Source: Kineosporiaceae bacterium
Lineage (GTDB): Bacteria > Actinomycetota > Actinomycetes > Actinomycetales > Kineosporiaceae
Length of the DNA: 64,000 nucleotides
Assembly: GCA_016713225.1 (NCBI GenBank)
Contig: JADJPO010000002.1
Span: 107,844-171,843 of the forward strand
Direction: 5' to 3'
Below are positions 8,810 through 17,940 of this stretch, in pieces (the first letter of the stretch is position 1; every line of letters begins with the position of its first letter). The position numbers were made by a program, and so were the translations under genes. Below the pieces are notes generated by a model. The model did no database searches. It had not been told where the DNA came from and saw only the letters and a program-made list of their open reading frames with translations.

Positions 8810-10027
8810 ATGCGCCGCATCATTCAGAGCAAGAAGCTGCAGCATGTTCGCTACGACGTCCGTGGTCCGATCCTGGTCGAGGCGCAGCGACTCGAGGCCG
8901 AGGGCCACAAGATCCTCAAGCTGAACATCGGCAACACGGCACCGTTCGGGTTCCAGGCGCCCGAGGCGATCGTGGCCGACATGATCCACCACCTGCCCGA
9001 CGCGCAGGGTTACGTCGATTCCCGCGGCATCTACTCGGCGCGCACCGCGGTGGCGCAGTACTACCAGTCGCACGGGCTCACCGAGACCTCGGTGGACGAC
9101 GTCTTCGTCGGCAACGGGGTCAGCGAGCTGATCACCATGGTGCTGCAGGCGTTCCTGGACGACGGCAACGAGATCCTGGTGCCGGCACCGGATTACCCCC
9201 TGTGGACCGGGGCGGTCTCGCTGTCCGGCGGGACACCGGTGCACTACCGGTGTGACGAGACGAACGGCTGGAATCCCGACCTGGCCGACATCGAATCGAA
9301 GATCACCGAGAACACGCATGCCCTGGTGATCATCAATCCGAACAACCCGACCGGCGCGGTGTACAGCGAGGCCACGGTGCGGGCGCTGGTCGACATCGCC
9401 CGCCGCCACGACCTGGTGATCATGGCCGACGAGATCTACGAGAAGATCCTGTTCGACGACGCGGTGCACCACCATGCGGCGACCTTCGCCGGCGATGACG
9501 TCCTCTGCCTGACCTTCTCGGGGCTGTCGAAGGCCTACCGGGTCTGCGGCTATCGCTCCGGCTGGGTGATGATCTCGGGGCCGAAGCACCTGGCCGAGGA
9601 CTTCCTCGAGGGTCTGACCCTGCTGTCCAACATGCGGATGTGCTCCAACGTGCCGGCGCAGCACGCGATCCAGACCGCGCTCGGCGGCTACCAGTCGATC
9701 AACGAGCTGATCGTGCCGGGCGGGCGGTTCTACGAGCAGTCGAAGCTGGCCTCGCGGATGCTCAACGAGATCCCCGGGGTCTCGTGCGTCGAGCCGATGG
9801 GCGCGCTGTACTGCTTCCCGCGGCTCGACCCGGACGTGTACCCGATCAAGGACGACGAGGCGTTCGTCATCGACCTGCTGCGGGCCAAGAAGCTGCTGGT
9901 CACCCACGGCACCGGCTTCAACTGGTTCGACCCCGACCACTTCCGCCTGGTGACCCTGCCGGACGTGACGGTGCTCACCGAGGCCATCGAGCGGATCGCC
10001 GACTATCTCGAGACACTGCGCGCCTGA
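8810..10027 (+). CDS. PLP-dependent class I/II aminotransferase, AlaA-like (glutamate-pyruvate type)
   Basis: MRRIIQSKKLQHVRYDVRGPILVEAQRLEAEGHKILKLNIGNTAPFGF closely follows the AlaA N-terminal pattern, and SGLSKAY is the PLP-lysine motif. ATG 8810 was chosen over the TTG at 8783. Confidence 0.9.
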   Translation: MRRIIQSKKLQHVRYDVRGPILVEAQRLEAEGHKILKLNIGNTAPFGFQAPEAIVADMIHHLPDAQGYVDSRGIYSARTAVAQYYQSHGLTETSVDDVFVGNGVSELITMVLQAFLDDGNEILVPAPDYPLWTGAVSLSGGTPVHYRCDETNGWNPDLADIESKITENTHALVIINPNNPTGAVYSEATVRALVDIARRHDLVIMADEIYEKILFDDAVHHHAATFAGDDVLCLTFSGLSKAYRVCGYRSGWVMISGPKHLAEDFLEGLTLLSNMRMCSNVPAQHAIQTALGGYQSINELIVPGGRFYEQSKLASRMLNEIPGVSCVEPMGALYCFPRLDPDVYPIKDDEAFVIDLLRAKKLLVTHGTGFNWFDPDHFRLVTLPDVTVLTEAIERIADYLETLRA

Positions 10028-10051
10028 CCGTCTCGACCGAGTGCCCGCCCC

Positions 10052-11404
10052 TCAGGTCCGCCGCTGCAGTCCGCGATAGACCTCGACCGGGACGCCGTAC
10101 TGCCAGGCGGCAGCCTCCACCGGGTCGGTGATCGAGGCCGGAACCAGTTCGGCGTAGTGGCGCGGGGCGCCCGAGCGGTCGGGGCTGCCGTTGCGCATCA
10201 CGAGCAGGTGCCCGTCGACGTCCGGGATCGCGTACAGCCGCAGTGTGGCCGAGGGGTTGCCCGGGTCGGGTGCCTCGGCGATCGGGGTGAAGCCACCGCG
10301 CGTGAGGTAGTTCTGCCAGCCCAGGCGTTCGATCGCGAAGCGTCGGATCTCACTGTTGCCCAGGGCATGGATCTCGCGAACCGAGAGTTCACCGCGCACG
10401 AGCTCGCCCGAGACCTCGGTGCCGTGGAAGAAGTACTGGGCATCACCGGTGGGCCACACGATCGCCGGCCCATCCTCACCATGCAGGATGAGCTCTTCCC
10501 GCCAATCCGTCCCCCGTTCGAACCGCATCGTGGTGGGCGGTTCGAGCACGAGCGTGAGGTAGCGGAACACGGCGACGACGTAGGTCTTGCGCAGCGCATG
10601 CGCCGCCTCGAGCAGGCGTCGGGTCGGCTCGTTCGGCACCAGGTCACCGCAGGCCACGAACCAGGCCAGCTCGGTCATCGCCATGGTCCGATCGACGCCG
10701 GCTCGGTGATCCCCGTCGGGAGGCACGATGGTCACGTACCGCACACCGTTCCTGAAGTGCGACCCGTGGTGCGTCAGTGTTCCCCTCGGCACGAGCACCC
10801 GTGCGTCCAGGTCGATGCGCCACGTCGGAACATAGGAGCCGAGGTTCGGGTGGACGAACCCGACGCGGGTCAAGGGAGCGCCGTTCGCGAACGTCGCCGT
10901 TGCCGTGGCGGTCAGACCCGACGCGGGGCCGACCACATCACTGCCGGCCTCTGGCGCCTGCTCCAGAGCCGCCCACCAGATCGAACCGACGACGACGGCG
11001 ACGGCGAGGACGAGGATGCGTAACCCCGCGCCGCGGCGCTCGTCGATCAGGATCCCCACGGCCAGCAGAGCGGAGGCGAAGAACAGCACCACGCTGAGGA
11101 GCTGGCGTCCGCCGCGCAGGATCCGCCGTCGCCGTGACGCCCGGCTCATCCGGGGTAGGCGCTGCCGGATATCGGCGAACCCGCGGAGCTCGTCCGGTGA
11201 GCGAACCCAGACGAGGGGTTCGCCCGGTCGCAGCCGATGGCACGTCCGGAACTGCCGGACGCCGCGCTCGATCTCGGCCCGGTCGGCGTCCGTCAGGGGA
11301 TGAGGACCGTCGGCGGGCAGGCCCCAGGCCTCGACCACGACGAGCGCCTGGGCGCGGCGGAGCGCCTCACGATCGGGGTCAGGGTCGACGGGCTCATCCG
11401 ACAT
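10052..11404 (-). CDS. Membrane protein with C-terminal DUF6745-like domain (function unknown)
   Basis: Start ATG 11404 (MSDEPVDPD) was chosen because the longer track ORF would overlap the upstream gene. It has two hydrophobic helices (LLSVVLFFASALLAVGILI, LRILVLAVAVVVGSIWWAAL). The C-terminus (HGEDGPAIVWPTG, EIRRFAIERLGW, NGSPDRSG, ending RRT) resembles the actinobacterial DUF6745 pattern from memory. Confidence 0.6.
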   Translation of the reverse strand: MSDEPVDPDPDREALRRAQALVVVEAWGLPADGPHPLTDADRAEIERGVRQFRTCHRLRPGEPLVWVRSPDELRGFADIRQRLPRMSRASRRRRILRGGRQLLSVVLFFASALLAVGILIDERRGAGLRILVLAVAVVVGSIWWAALEQAPEAGSDVVGPASGLTATATATFANGAPLTRVGFVHPNLGSYVPTWRIDLDARVLVPRGTLTHHGSHFRNGVRYVTIVPPDGDHRAGVDRTMAMTELAWFVACGDLVPNEPTRRLLEAAHALRKTYVVAVFRYLTLVLEPPTTMRFERGTDWREELILHGEDGPAIVWPTGDAQYFFHGTEVSGELVRGELSVREIHALGNSEIRRFAIERLGWQNYLTRGGFTPIAEAPDPGNPSATLRLYAIPDVDGHLLVMRNGSPDRSGAPRHYAELVPASITDPVEAAAWQYGVPVEVYRGLQRRT

Positions 11405-11409
11405 GCGCG

Positions 11410-11895
11410 TCAGTCGGCGACATAGTCGACGTACGGGGCGTCGTCTGCGGTGGTCTCGGTCTGGATCAGCTCGAATCGCTGCTCGCGCTTGCGCCGGATC
11501 ACGAAGCGGCCCGGGCCGATGCCGTTGGCGCCGTGCTCGTCGGTGTGGATGAGCAACGCCGACTGTCCTGCCGGCACCTGCAGCTGGGCAACCACCAAGG
11601 TGTCGTCGTCCGCCGCGGCGCCCGTCGTGGACGGCGCGTGGCGCTGCCATGTGACGTCCGGACTGTCGAATCCCCGGTGCAGCCAATGCGTGTTGCCGGT
11701 GGCCTCGCCGCGGATCAGCTGGACGCCGTCCTCGGGCAGCGGCTGCCACCCCTGCTCGGGAGCGTTCTCGATCGGCACCACCATGAGATCCCCTTGGGCC
11801 TGCGGCCCGGTCAGGATGGGGACGGTGGCGTCCGCGACAAGGTGGTCGGGCACGGTGACACCGATCAGGTCCAGTGCGCTGGCGTAGGTGTGCAT
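11410..11895 (-). CDS. Hypothetical protein (QGD...GEATGNTHW beta-barrel-like motif), co-oriented 5 nt upstream of the DUF6745-like gene
   Basis: 161-aa ORF with an ATG start and GC3-rich codons. It has the motif pair QGDLMVVPI / RGEATGNTHWL. No family was assigned. Confidence 0.6.
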   Translation of the reverse strand: MHTYASALDLIGVTVPDHLVADATVPILTGPQAQGDLMVVPIENAPEQGWQPLPEDGVQLIRGEATGNTHWLHRGFDSPDVTWQRHAPSTTGAAADDDTLVVAQLQVPAGQSALLIHTDEHGANGIGPGRFVIRRKREQRFELIQTETTADDAPYVDYVAD

Positions 11896-12012
11896 GGCAC
11901 CACTTTCTCGACGAGAGCCCGGGGCGTGTCCGGATGATGATGAACTGTCCCGGCAGGCGCGGGCAACCGGCCCACCCGGACGTCCTCGAGGTGCCGGTGG
12001 GACGTCGAGGGG

Positions 12013-12519
12013 TCAGGAGTCCGACAGGTCCTGGACCCGGGTGGTGACCCGGCGAAGGTGGGCGGTCAGCTCCGCCAGCGCGCCGTCGTCCAGTGCGGTG
12101 ACCGTCTCGGCCTCGGCGGCGTTGAAGGCGGGGTAGAGCCGCTCCAGCAGCTCGCGTCCGGCATCGGTGAGGTCGAGGAACACCAAGCGCCGATCCCCCT
12201 CGACCGGACGACGCTGCAGCAGCCCATCCCGCTCCAGGGTCTTGACCACCCCGGTCAGCGTGGCCTTGGAGATGCTGGCGAGTTCGGCGACCTCACGGGT
12301 CTCGAGACCGTGCCAGAGCCACACCGTCCACAGCACCGTGAATCCGCTCCAGGTCAGGCCGGCGGGCCGTAACACGGTGCGGGTCAAGTGATTTCGGACG
12401 GCGTTGGCCGCCCGATGCAGGTTCGAGACCGCCAGCGCCACCGGGAAGTCCAGCGCCAGGTGTTGCACCTGCTCCGTCATGGCCTGTTCGATCTCGGCCA
12501 GGGAGTGCCGTCGGATCAT
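12013..12519 (-). CDS. MarR-family transcriptional regulator
   Basis: 168-aa ORF with a winged-helix region (LTWSGFTVLWTVWLWHGLETREVAELASISKATLTGVVKTLERDGLLQRRP..DRR) typical of MarR. Confidence 0.85.
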   Translation of the reverse strand: MIRRHSLAEIEQAMTEQVQHLALDFPVALAVSNLHRAANAVRNHLTRTVLRPAGLTWSGFTVLWTVWLWHGLETREVAELASISKATLTGVVKTLERDGLLQRRPVEGDRRLVFLDLTDAGRELLERLYPAFNAAEAETVTALDDGALAELTAHLRRVTTRVQDLSDS

Positions 12520-12559
12520 TGCTCACCATCCGGTGCCGAACTGCCGGTGCTGTCGCTGG

Positions 12560-13366
12560 CTAGGGCGAAGGGGTCAATCGCTCCAGTGAGGTGCCGCCGT
12601 CCCAGACCACCCCGACCTGGCAGTAGTAGCCGCCGATGATCTCGTCGACGCTCAGCCGGTCGAGTTCCTCGGTGGGGGAGGGGAACAGCCGCACGTCGAC
12701 GTCCCCGGTCCAGGCCTGGCCCCGCTCGAACGCGGCCCCGGACGACGAGATCAGCTCGGCGAACGCGTCCGGCTCACCGCGACCGATGCCCGGGTAGATC
12801 CGGTGGTGGGCCATCGGGTGGCCGTTGACGAACCCGTTGGTCTGGCTCGGCTCGCGCAGCGTCACCACGGCTTCGGCCAGGCGTCGGTCGCCGGCAGCCA
12901 GGGTGGCCCCGAACATCCCACCCGGGCCGATCTGCGGCGCGCCCTGGGCGAACGGGTGCGGCCGTGTCTGCCACATCGAGCCCAGCTTCTTGGGATAGCC
13001 CTGGTGGATGCCGCGGGCGATGGCGAAGTCCTTGTCGACCCAGATGTAGACGCATCGCGAGTACGTCGTCCCGCGGTAGGAGCAGCGGACGACGACGAAC
13101 GCCTCCTTGTACTGGGCGCGCACCGGGTCGAGCAGTTCGGCGCGCGAGGTCGAACACGACTGCCAGTCGGCCCAGATCAGCGCGACCGCGCCGGGGTCCT
13201 CCTCGGCGAGCTCGAGCGGGGCCGGCAGCAACTCGGCGACCCGCGCCGGGTCGGTGCGGTACTCCACGGTGAGCAGGTCGCCGGAGTAGAACCAGGGTGG
13301 CGAGGGGATGACGCCGGAATTGCCCTGGGCTGTGCGAGGGTAGAAGAACCCCTTCACATCGGTCAT
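12560..13366 (-). CDS. Acetoacetate decarboxylase (ADC) family protein
   Basis: ATG 13366 is preceded by GGAGG. Its pattern is PPWFYSGDLLTVEYRTDPARVAELLP ... AFVVVRCSY ... VYIWVDKDFAIARGIHQGYPKK, typical of the ADC/MppR-like fold family. Confidence 0.8.
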   Translation of the reverse strand: MTDVKGFFYPRTAQGNSGVIPSPPWFYSGDLLTVEYRTDPARVAELLPAPLELAEEDPGAVALIWADWQSCSTSRAELLDPVRAQYKEAFVVVRCSYRGTTYSRCVYIWVDKDFAIARGIHQGYPKKLGSMWQTRPHPFAQGAPQIGPGGMFGATLAAGDRRLAEAVVTLREPSQTNGFVNGHPMAHHRIYPGIGRGEPDAFAELISSSGAAFERGQAWTGDVDVRLFPSPTEELDRLSVDEIIGGYYCQVGVVWDGGTSLERLTPSP

Positions 13367-13465
13367 CGGTCCTCCGGGTGTCCAGGCTCTGCGAGTCGTT
13401 AGGTTCCGTACGATAATCGCTCGGTCGGTCACAGGGGAACCTCTTGTCGCCGTCGTGAGGGACGG

Positions 13466-13489
13466 ATATTGTTCGTGCCCAAACGAATG
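13466..13489. promoter_or_regulatory. Operator-like site 3 (reverse complement ATTCGTTTGGGCACGAACAATAT), same motif as 3685 and 3782
   Basis: The forward sequence atattgttcgtgcccaaacgaatgg abuts the GGAGG of the GS-like gene, in the divergent ADC-like/GS-like intergenic region. Confidence 0.5.
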
Positions 13490-13499
13490 GAGGTGTGGC

Positions 13500-14852
13500 G
13501 TGGCTCACGTCGATGAAAGTGCTCTGCAGGCCGCTGCGGACCGGTGTGCCGAACAGGGCATCGACGTCATCCGGCTCGGATATGCCGACCTGATCGGCAC
13601 CGACCGTGGCCGTGACCTGTTGGTCAACCGCTTCGCGCGGACGGCCGGGCACGGCGTGGCGTTCTGCCGCTCGGTCTACGGCACCACGCCGATGGGTGAC
13701 GTCGTCGACATCGAGGGCGGTCTGGCCGCCGGTCTGCCCGACATCGTGGCCGTGCCGGATGTCACGACGATGCAGCCGATCCCGTGGGAGCAGGGCGTCG
13801 CGCACTGCATCGCCGACCTGTACAACCCCGACGGGTCCCCGTCCGACGAATCACCGCGGCAGGTGCTGCGCCGGGTGGTGGGCAAGTTCGCCGAGCTCGG
13901 CATGAAGCCCGTCGCCGGCCCGGAGCTGGAGTTCTACCTGCTGCAGGAATCGACCCGTACCCCCACCGGCTGGGAGCGCTACGGCGAGTCCCCGGGCAAC
14001 GTGTACGTCTCCGGCCTGAAGGGCGACCCGGAGAATGTCCTGCTGAACGCGCTGCGCCAGCTCGGGGCCTACGGCATCGACGTCGTCGCCGCCAACCACG
14101 AGTTCTCCTCCGGCCAGTTCGAGATCAACCTGTGGCACTCCGAGGCGCTCGATGCCGCCGACCGGGCGCACCGGTTCAAGGCCGCCGTCAAGGAGCTCGC
14201 CCGTTCGGTGGGCAAGCTGGCCACGTTCATGCCCAAGCCGTTCAACGACGAAGGTGGCTCGGGCTTCCACATCCACTTCTCCACCTGGTCGGACGACGGC
14301 ACCCCGCTGTTCGACGACCCGAAGGGCGAGCACGGCCTGTCCGACGTCGCCCGGTGGGCCATCGGTGGCGTGCTGCAGCACGCAGCTGCCCTGGCGGCGG
14401 TGAGCAACCCGACCATCAACTCCTACAAGCGGTTCGGGCCCGACACCCTGGCGCCCTGGCTGATCGACTGGGGTCTGGACAACCGCTCCGCGATGGTGCG
14501 CATCCCGCCCGAGCGCGGCAGCGCCGCCCGGCTGGAGCTTCGTCTGGGCGACTCCAGCGCCAATCCCTACCTGGCCATCGGTGCGTTGCTGGCCGGGGCC
14601 TACGTCGGCATCCGCGACAAGATCGAGCCGCCGGCGCCGCTGGAGGGGTACGGCTACAACCCCGAGATCTCGCCCAAGCTGCCGAGCGACCTGGGTCAGG
14701 CCCTGGATGCCCTCGAGGCGGATGCCGAGATCACCGAGGTGCTGGGCGAGGCGTTCGTGAAGACCTTCCTGGCCTACAAGCGCAACGAGATCGAGCGTTT
14801 CTCCCAGTGGATCACCGACTGGGAGTTCCGCGAGTACACGTACCACATCTGA
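13500..14852 (+). CDS. Glutamine synthetase family protein (gamma-glutamyl-amine ligase type, GlnA3/GlnA4/PuuA-like)
   Basis: GTG 13500 lies 6 nt after GGAGG. GS catalytic-domain blocks are present: GPELEFYL, NHEFSSGQFEINL, FMPKPF, GSGFHIHFS, NSYKRF, SAMVRIP. Confidence 0.85.
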   Translation: MAHVDESALQAAADRCAEQGIDVIRLGYADLIGTDRGRDLLVNRFARTAGHGVAFCRSVYGTTPMGDVVDIEGGLAAGLPDIVAVPDVTTMQPIPWEQGVAHCIADLYNPDGSPSDESPRQVLRRVVGKFAELGMKPVAGPELEFYLLQESTRTPTGWERYGESPGNVYVSGLKGDPENVLLNALRQLGAYGIDVVAANHEFSSGQFEINLWHSEALDAADRAHRFKAAVKELARSVGKLATFMPKPFNDEGGSGFHIHFSTWSDDGTPLFDDPKGEHGLSDVARWAIGGVLQHAAALAAVSNPTINSYKRFGPDTLAPWLIDWGLDNRSAMVRIPPERGSAARLELRLGDSSANPYLAIGALLAGAYVGIRDKIEPPAPLEGYGYNPEISPKLPSDLGQALDALEADAEITEVLGEAFVKTFLAYKRNEIERFSQWITDWEFREYTYHI

Positions 14853-14883
14853 GTTCGACCGCCCCGCGAGCGAAGGAGCTGCA

Positions 14884-16146
14884 GTGATCGCCCCGACCCC
14901 CGTCCCCCTGGACCAGATCGACCTGAACAACCTGGACTCGTTCCGGGACAATCTGGGTTGGGGGCAGTTCGATACCTTGCGCCGCGAGGACCCGCTGCAC
15001 TGGAGTGACGAGCCCGCGCCCAACAAGGGGTTCTGGTCGGTCACCCGGTACGAGGACATCGCCGCCGTCGACGGCGACCCGGACACGTTCACGTCGTCCA
15101 AGTTCGTCAACATCGAAGAGGTGGACGACGATCTGATGGACGCCCGTCGCTCGATCCTCGAGACGGACGGCGTGCGTCACGCGGCGCTGCGCAAGCTGGT
15201 GCAGCGCGAGTTCTCACCGCGCAACCTGCGTCAGTACGAGGACTTCCTGCGCCAGCTCACCCGGGTCACCGTCGACGAGGCGCTGAGCACGCCCGAGTTC
15301 GACTTTGTGAAGAAGATCAGCGCCGACTTCCCGATCCAGGTGCTGGCGCGGCTGCTCGACGTCCCCAAGGAGCACACCGGCCAGCTCATCGCCTGGGGCA
15401 ACGAGTTCGTCGGCAACACCGACCCCGACTACACCAAGTTCCGCGCCGACCTGCCCGAGAGCGACAAGTACAAGCACCTGCCGTTCCGCTCACCGACGGT
15501 GCAGGAGGTTTGGGACTACGGCAACAACCTCAAGGCCGAGCGCACCGGGGGCGACGGCACCGATCTGATCTCGATCCTGGCCAACCGCATGCCCGAGGAC
15601 GGCATTCCGTTGAGCCAGAAGGACTTCGAGAACTACTTCACGCTGCTGGTGATCGCCGGCAACGAGACCACCCGGCACTCGATCAGTCACGCCATGCTCG
15701 CGCTGATCAACCACCCCGAGCAGTTGCGGTACCTGCAGGAGGACCCCTCGCGGATCGGAGGGGCGCTCGAGGAGCTGCTGCGCTGGGCCTCGCCGGTCTA
15801 TCACTTCCGCCGGACGGCGACCCGCGACATCGAGCTGCACGGCAAGACCATCAAGGAGGGCGACAAGGTCGTCATGTGGTTCGCCTCGGGCAACCGCGAC
15901 GAGGACGTCTTCCCCGAGCCGTACACCCTCGACCTGACCCGCACGAACGTCGACCACATGACGTTCGGCAAGTCCAGCCCCCACCTGTGCCTGGGCAACA
16001 ACCTGGCCCGGCTGGAGATCCGGCTGATGTTCGAGGAGCTGCTGCCGCGCATCGGCTCGATCGAACTGGCCGGCGAGGTGACCCGGGTGCGGTCGAACTT
16101 CGTCAACGGGATCAAGAAGTTCCCGGTGCGCGTCACGCCTGCCTGA
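14884..16146 (+). CDS. Cytochrome P450 monooxygenase
   Basis: It has the I-helix AGNETT, the EXXR motif (ELLRW) and the heme loop FGKSSPHLCLGNNLA. Confidence 0.9.
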   Translation: MIAPTPVPLDQIDLNNLDSFRDNLGWGQFDTLRREDPLHWSDEPAPNKGFWSVTRYEDIAAVDGDPDTFTSSKFVNIEEVDDDLMDARRSILETDGVRHAALRKLVQREFSPRNLRQYEDFLRQLTRVTVDEALSTPEFDFVKKISADFPIQVLARLLDVPKEHTGQLIAWGNEFVGNTDPDYTKFRADLPESDKYKHLPFRSPTVQEVWDYGNNLKAERTGGDGTDLISILANRMPEDGIPLSQKDFENYFTLLVIAGNETTRHSISHAMLALINHPEQLRYLQEDPSRIGGALEELLRWASPVYHFRRTATRDIELHGKTIKEGDKVVMWFASGNRDEDVFPEPYTLDLTRTNVDHMTFGKSSPHLCLGNNLARLEIRLMFEELLPRIGSIELAGEVTRVRSNFVNGIKKFPVRVTPA

Positions 16147-16260
16147 GGCTCGACACCCGGTTCACGACGCCGATCGGGCTGCTCACCATCACGGTGAGCA
16201 GCCCGATCGCCGTTTCGGTGCGGCCGCTGCAGTTCCGCCGGCGCTGTCCAGGGGGCAGCG

Positions 16261-17940
16261 TCAGCACACGGCGTTGATGTCCTGGGCCTGCTTGGTGTCC
16301 GCCGGTCCGGACTTGCTCGGGGACGGGGTGGGCTTGCCGTTGCCGGGGGTCGCTGCCGGTGACGGCTCGACGGACGGGGTGGGCTCGGCGGTCGGGTTGA
16401 TGGCCTCTTGCACCAGGCGGTGGACCGCGGCGATGTCCGGGTCGGCGGTGTTGATCACCGAGGAGGTGAACGGCAGCGAGCGCACCGTGGCCTTCTGCAC
16501 CTTCTGGGTCAGGCTCACCCAGGCGCTCAGATCGGCCAGCGGGATGCCGGTGGTGATGTTGGACTTGGCCGCAGCCGCGATCTGCGGGAAGGCCAGGGCC
16601 AGTTTGGCCGGATCGGCCTCCTTGATGACGGCACCGATGACGCAGCGCTGGCGGCGCATCCGGTCGAAGTCATCGGTCGACCAGCGCGAACGCGCGTACC
16701 AGAGGGCGTGGTAGCCGTCGAGGTGCTGGTTCGGGCCGGCCTCGATCCAGCCGCCGGTGGCGGTGTGGTTCTCGGAGCTGCCACCGATCGGCAGGCGCTG
16801 CCGGACGTTGACCGTGATGCCGCCGATGGCGTCGACGAACTGCATGAACCCACGCAGGTTGAGCATGGAGTACTGGTGCACCGGCAGGCCGGTGACCTGT
16901 TCCACCGCATCGGACGTCGCGCGCAGGCCGGCGTCGTAGGCCGAGGGCTGATCGGCGTAGTACTGCTTCCAGTTCTCCTCGCCGAAGGTCCACATGGCGT
17001 TGAGCAGGCACTGGGGCACGCCGGCGGCGTCCTGGCACTCGAAGTAGCCCCCGACGTTGTCGGCGGCCTGCCGGCTGCCCGGGGGGAAGGGCACCTTCTG
17101 CAGGTTGCGGGGCAGTGAGAACAACACGGTGTCGCCGGTGCGGGTGTTGATACTGGCCAGGATCAGGGTGTCGGGGCGGATGCCGATCCGGTCGGCCCCG
17201 GCGTCCGAACCGATGAGCAACACGTTCACCCGGGGCAGGCTGGCCCAGGGGTCGCCGCCGTTGGCCTTGTTGGGCCGGGCGCCCCCGGCAGTCGTGGTAC
17301 CCGTGCCGCTGCCGAAGATGCCCGTCACGGTGTCGCGCAGGATGAGGGCGTAGCTACCGGCCTTGGCCGTGGGCAGCGCCACCAGGGTGACCAGCGCCGC
17401 GACCAGCAGCGAGCTCACCAGCCGCTGCCCGGTGCCCAGGTGGGCGTATCGCCGCAGCGAGGCGTGGGTGCCGAGCACCACGGCGACCCAGAGCAGCAGG
17501 ATCGTGAGCAGACCGACCGCGAGCACGATCAGCCGGTTGGGGTTGCTCACCATCGAGCCGACCAGGCCCACCGGATCGCCCACCAGGGCGAAGGTGACCG
17601 CGGCGGAGAACACCAGTGAGGCGATGGCGATGGCGATGGTGCCGCTGATCCGGCGCCCGGCGGCGATCAGCCCGGCACCGGGCAGGAGGGTGCCCAGCAA
17701 CGTCCAGCCGACGACCCGGGGGTAGTTCTGCCCGTAACTCGTGGCGTGTCGTCCGCGTGCCGGATCGGGGTCACGTTGCAGGCTGGTGACGGCCTCCGGG
17801 CCGTACCCTCGGGGCGCGCCCGATGAGGGCATGGAGGGCCCGGACGCGTCGGTGTAGCCATCGGGTGGTGGTGCGGACGAGGTGTGTTGAGCTTGGCCGT
17901 GGTGACCACGCTGGGCCTCTCGGGCGTCGCGACGACGCAT
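16261..17940 (-). CDS. LytR-CpsA-Psr (LCP) family cell-envelope phosphotransferase
   Basis: It has an N-terminal cytoplasmic tail, TM helices, then the LCP core VNVLLIGSDAGADRIGIRPDTLILASINTRTGDTVLFSLPRNL. The C-terminal tail is Pro/Thr-rich. The start is uncertain; ATG 17940 was chosen, and the track ORF extends to 18189. Confidence 0.8.
   Translation of the reverse strand: MRRRDAREAQRGHHGQAQHTSSAPPPDGYTDASGPSMPSSGAPRGYGPEAVTSLQRDPDPARGRHATSYGQNYPRVVGWTLLGTLLPGAGLIAAGRRISGTIAIAIASLVFSAAVTFALVGDPVGLVGSMVSNPNRLIVLAVGLLTILLLWVAVVLGTHASLRRYAHLGTGQRLVSSLLVAALVTLVALPTAKAGSYALILRDTVTGIFGSGTGTTTAGGARPNKANGGDPWASLPRVNVLLIGSDAGADRIGIRPDTLILASINTRTGDTVLFSLPRNLQKVPFPPGSRQAADNVGGYFECQDAAGVPQCLLNAMWTFGEENWKQYYADQPSAYDAGLRATSDAVEQVTGLPVHQYSMLNLRGFMQFVDAIGGITVNVRQRLPIGGSSENHTATGGWIEAGPNQHLDGYHALWYARSRWSTDDFDRMRRQRCVIGAVIKEADPAKLALAFPQIAAAAKSNITTGIPLADLSAWVSLTQKVQKATVRSLPFTSSVINTADPDIAAVHRLVQEAINPTAEPTPSVEPSPAATPGNGKPTPSPSKSGPADTKQAQDINAVC

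Noticed and set aside
10052-11749. The full 565-aa version of the DUF6745-like ORF
   Set aside because: The extra 115 N-terminal codons overlap the 161-aa upstream gene in another frame and translate to Arg/Ala/Pro-rich sequence. ATG 11404 gives a 5-nt intergenic gap instead.
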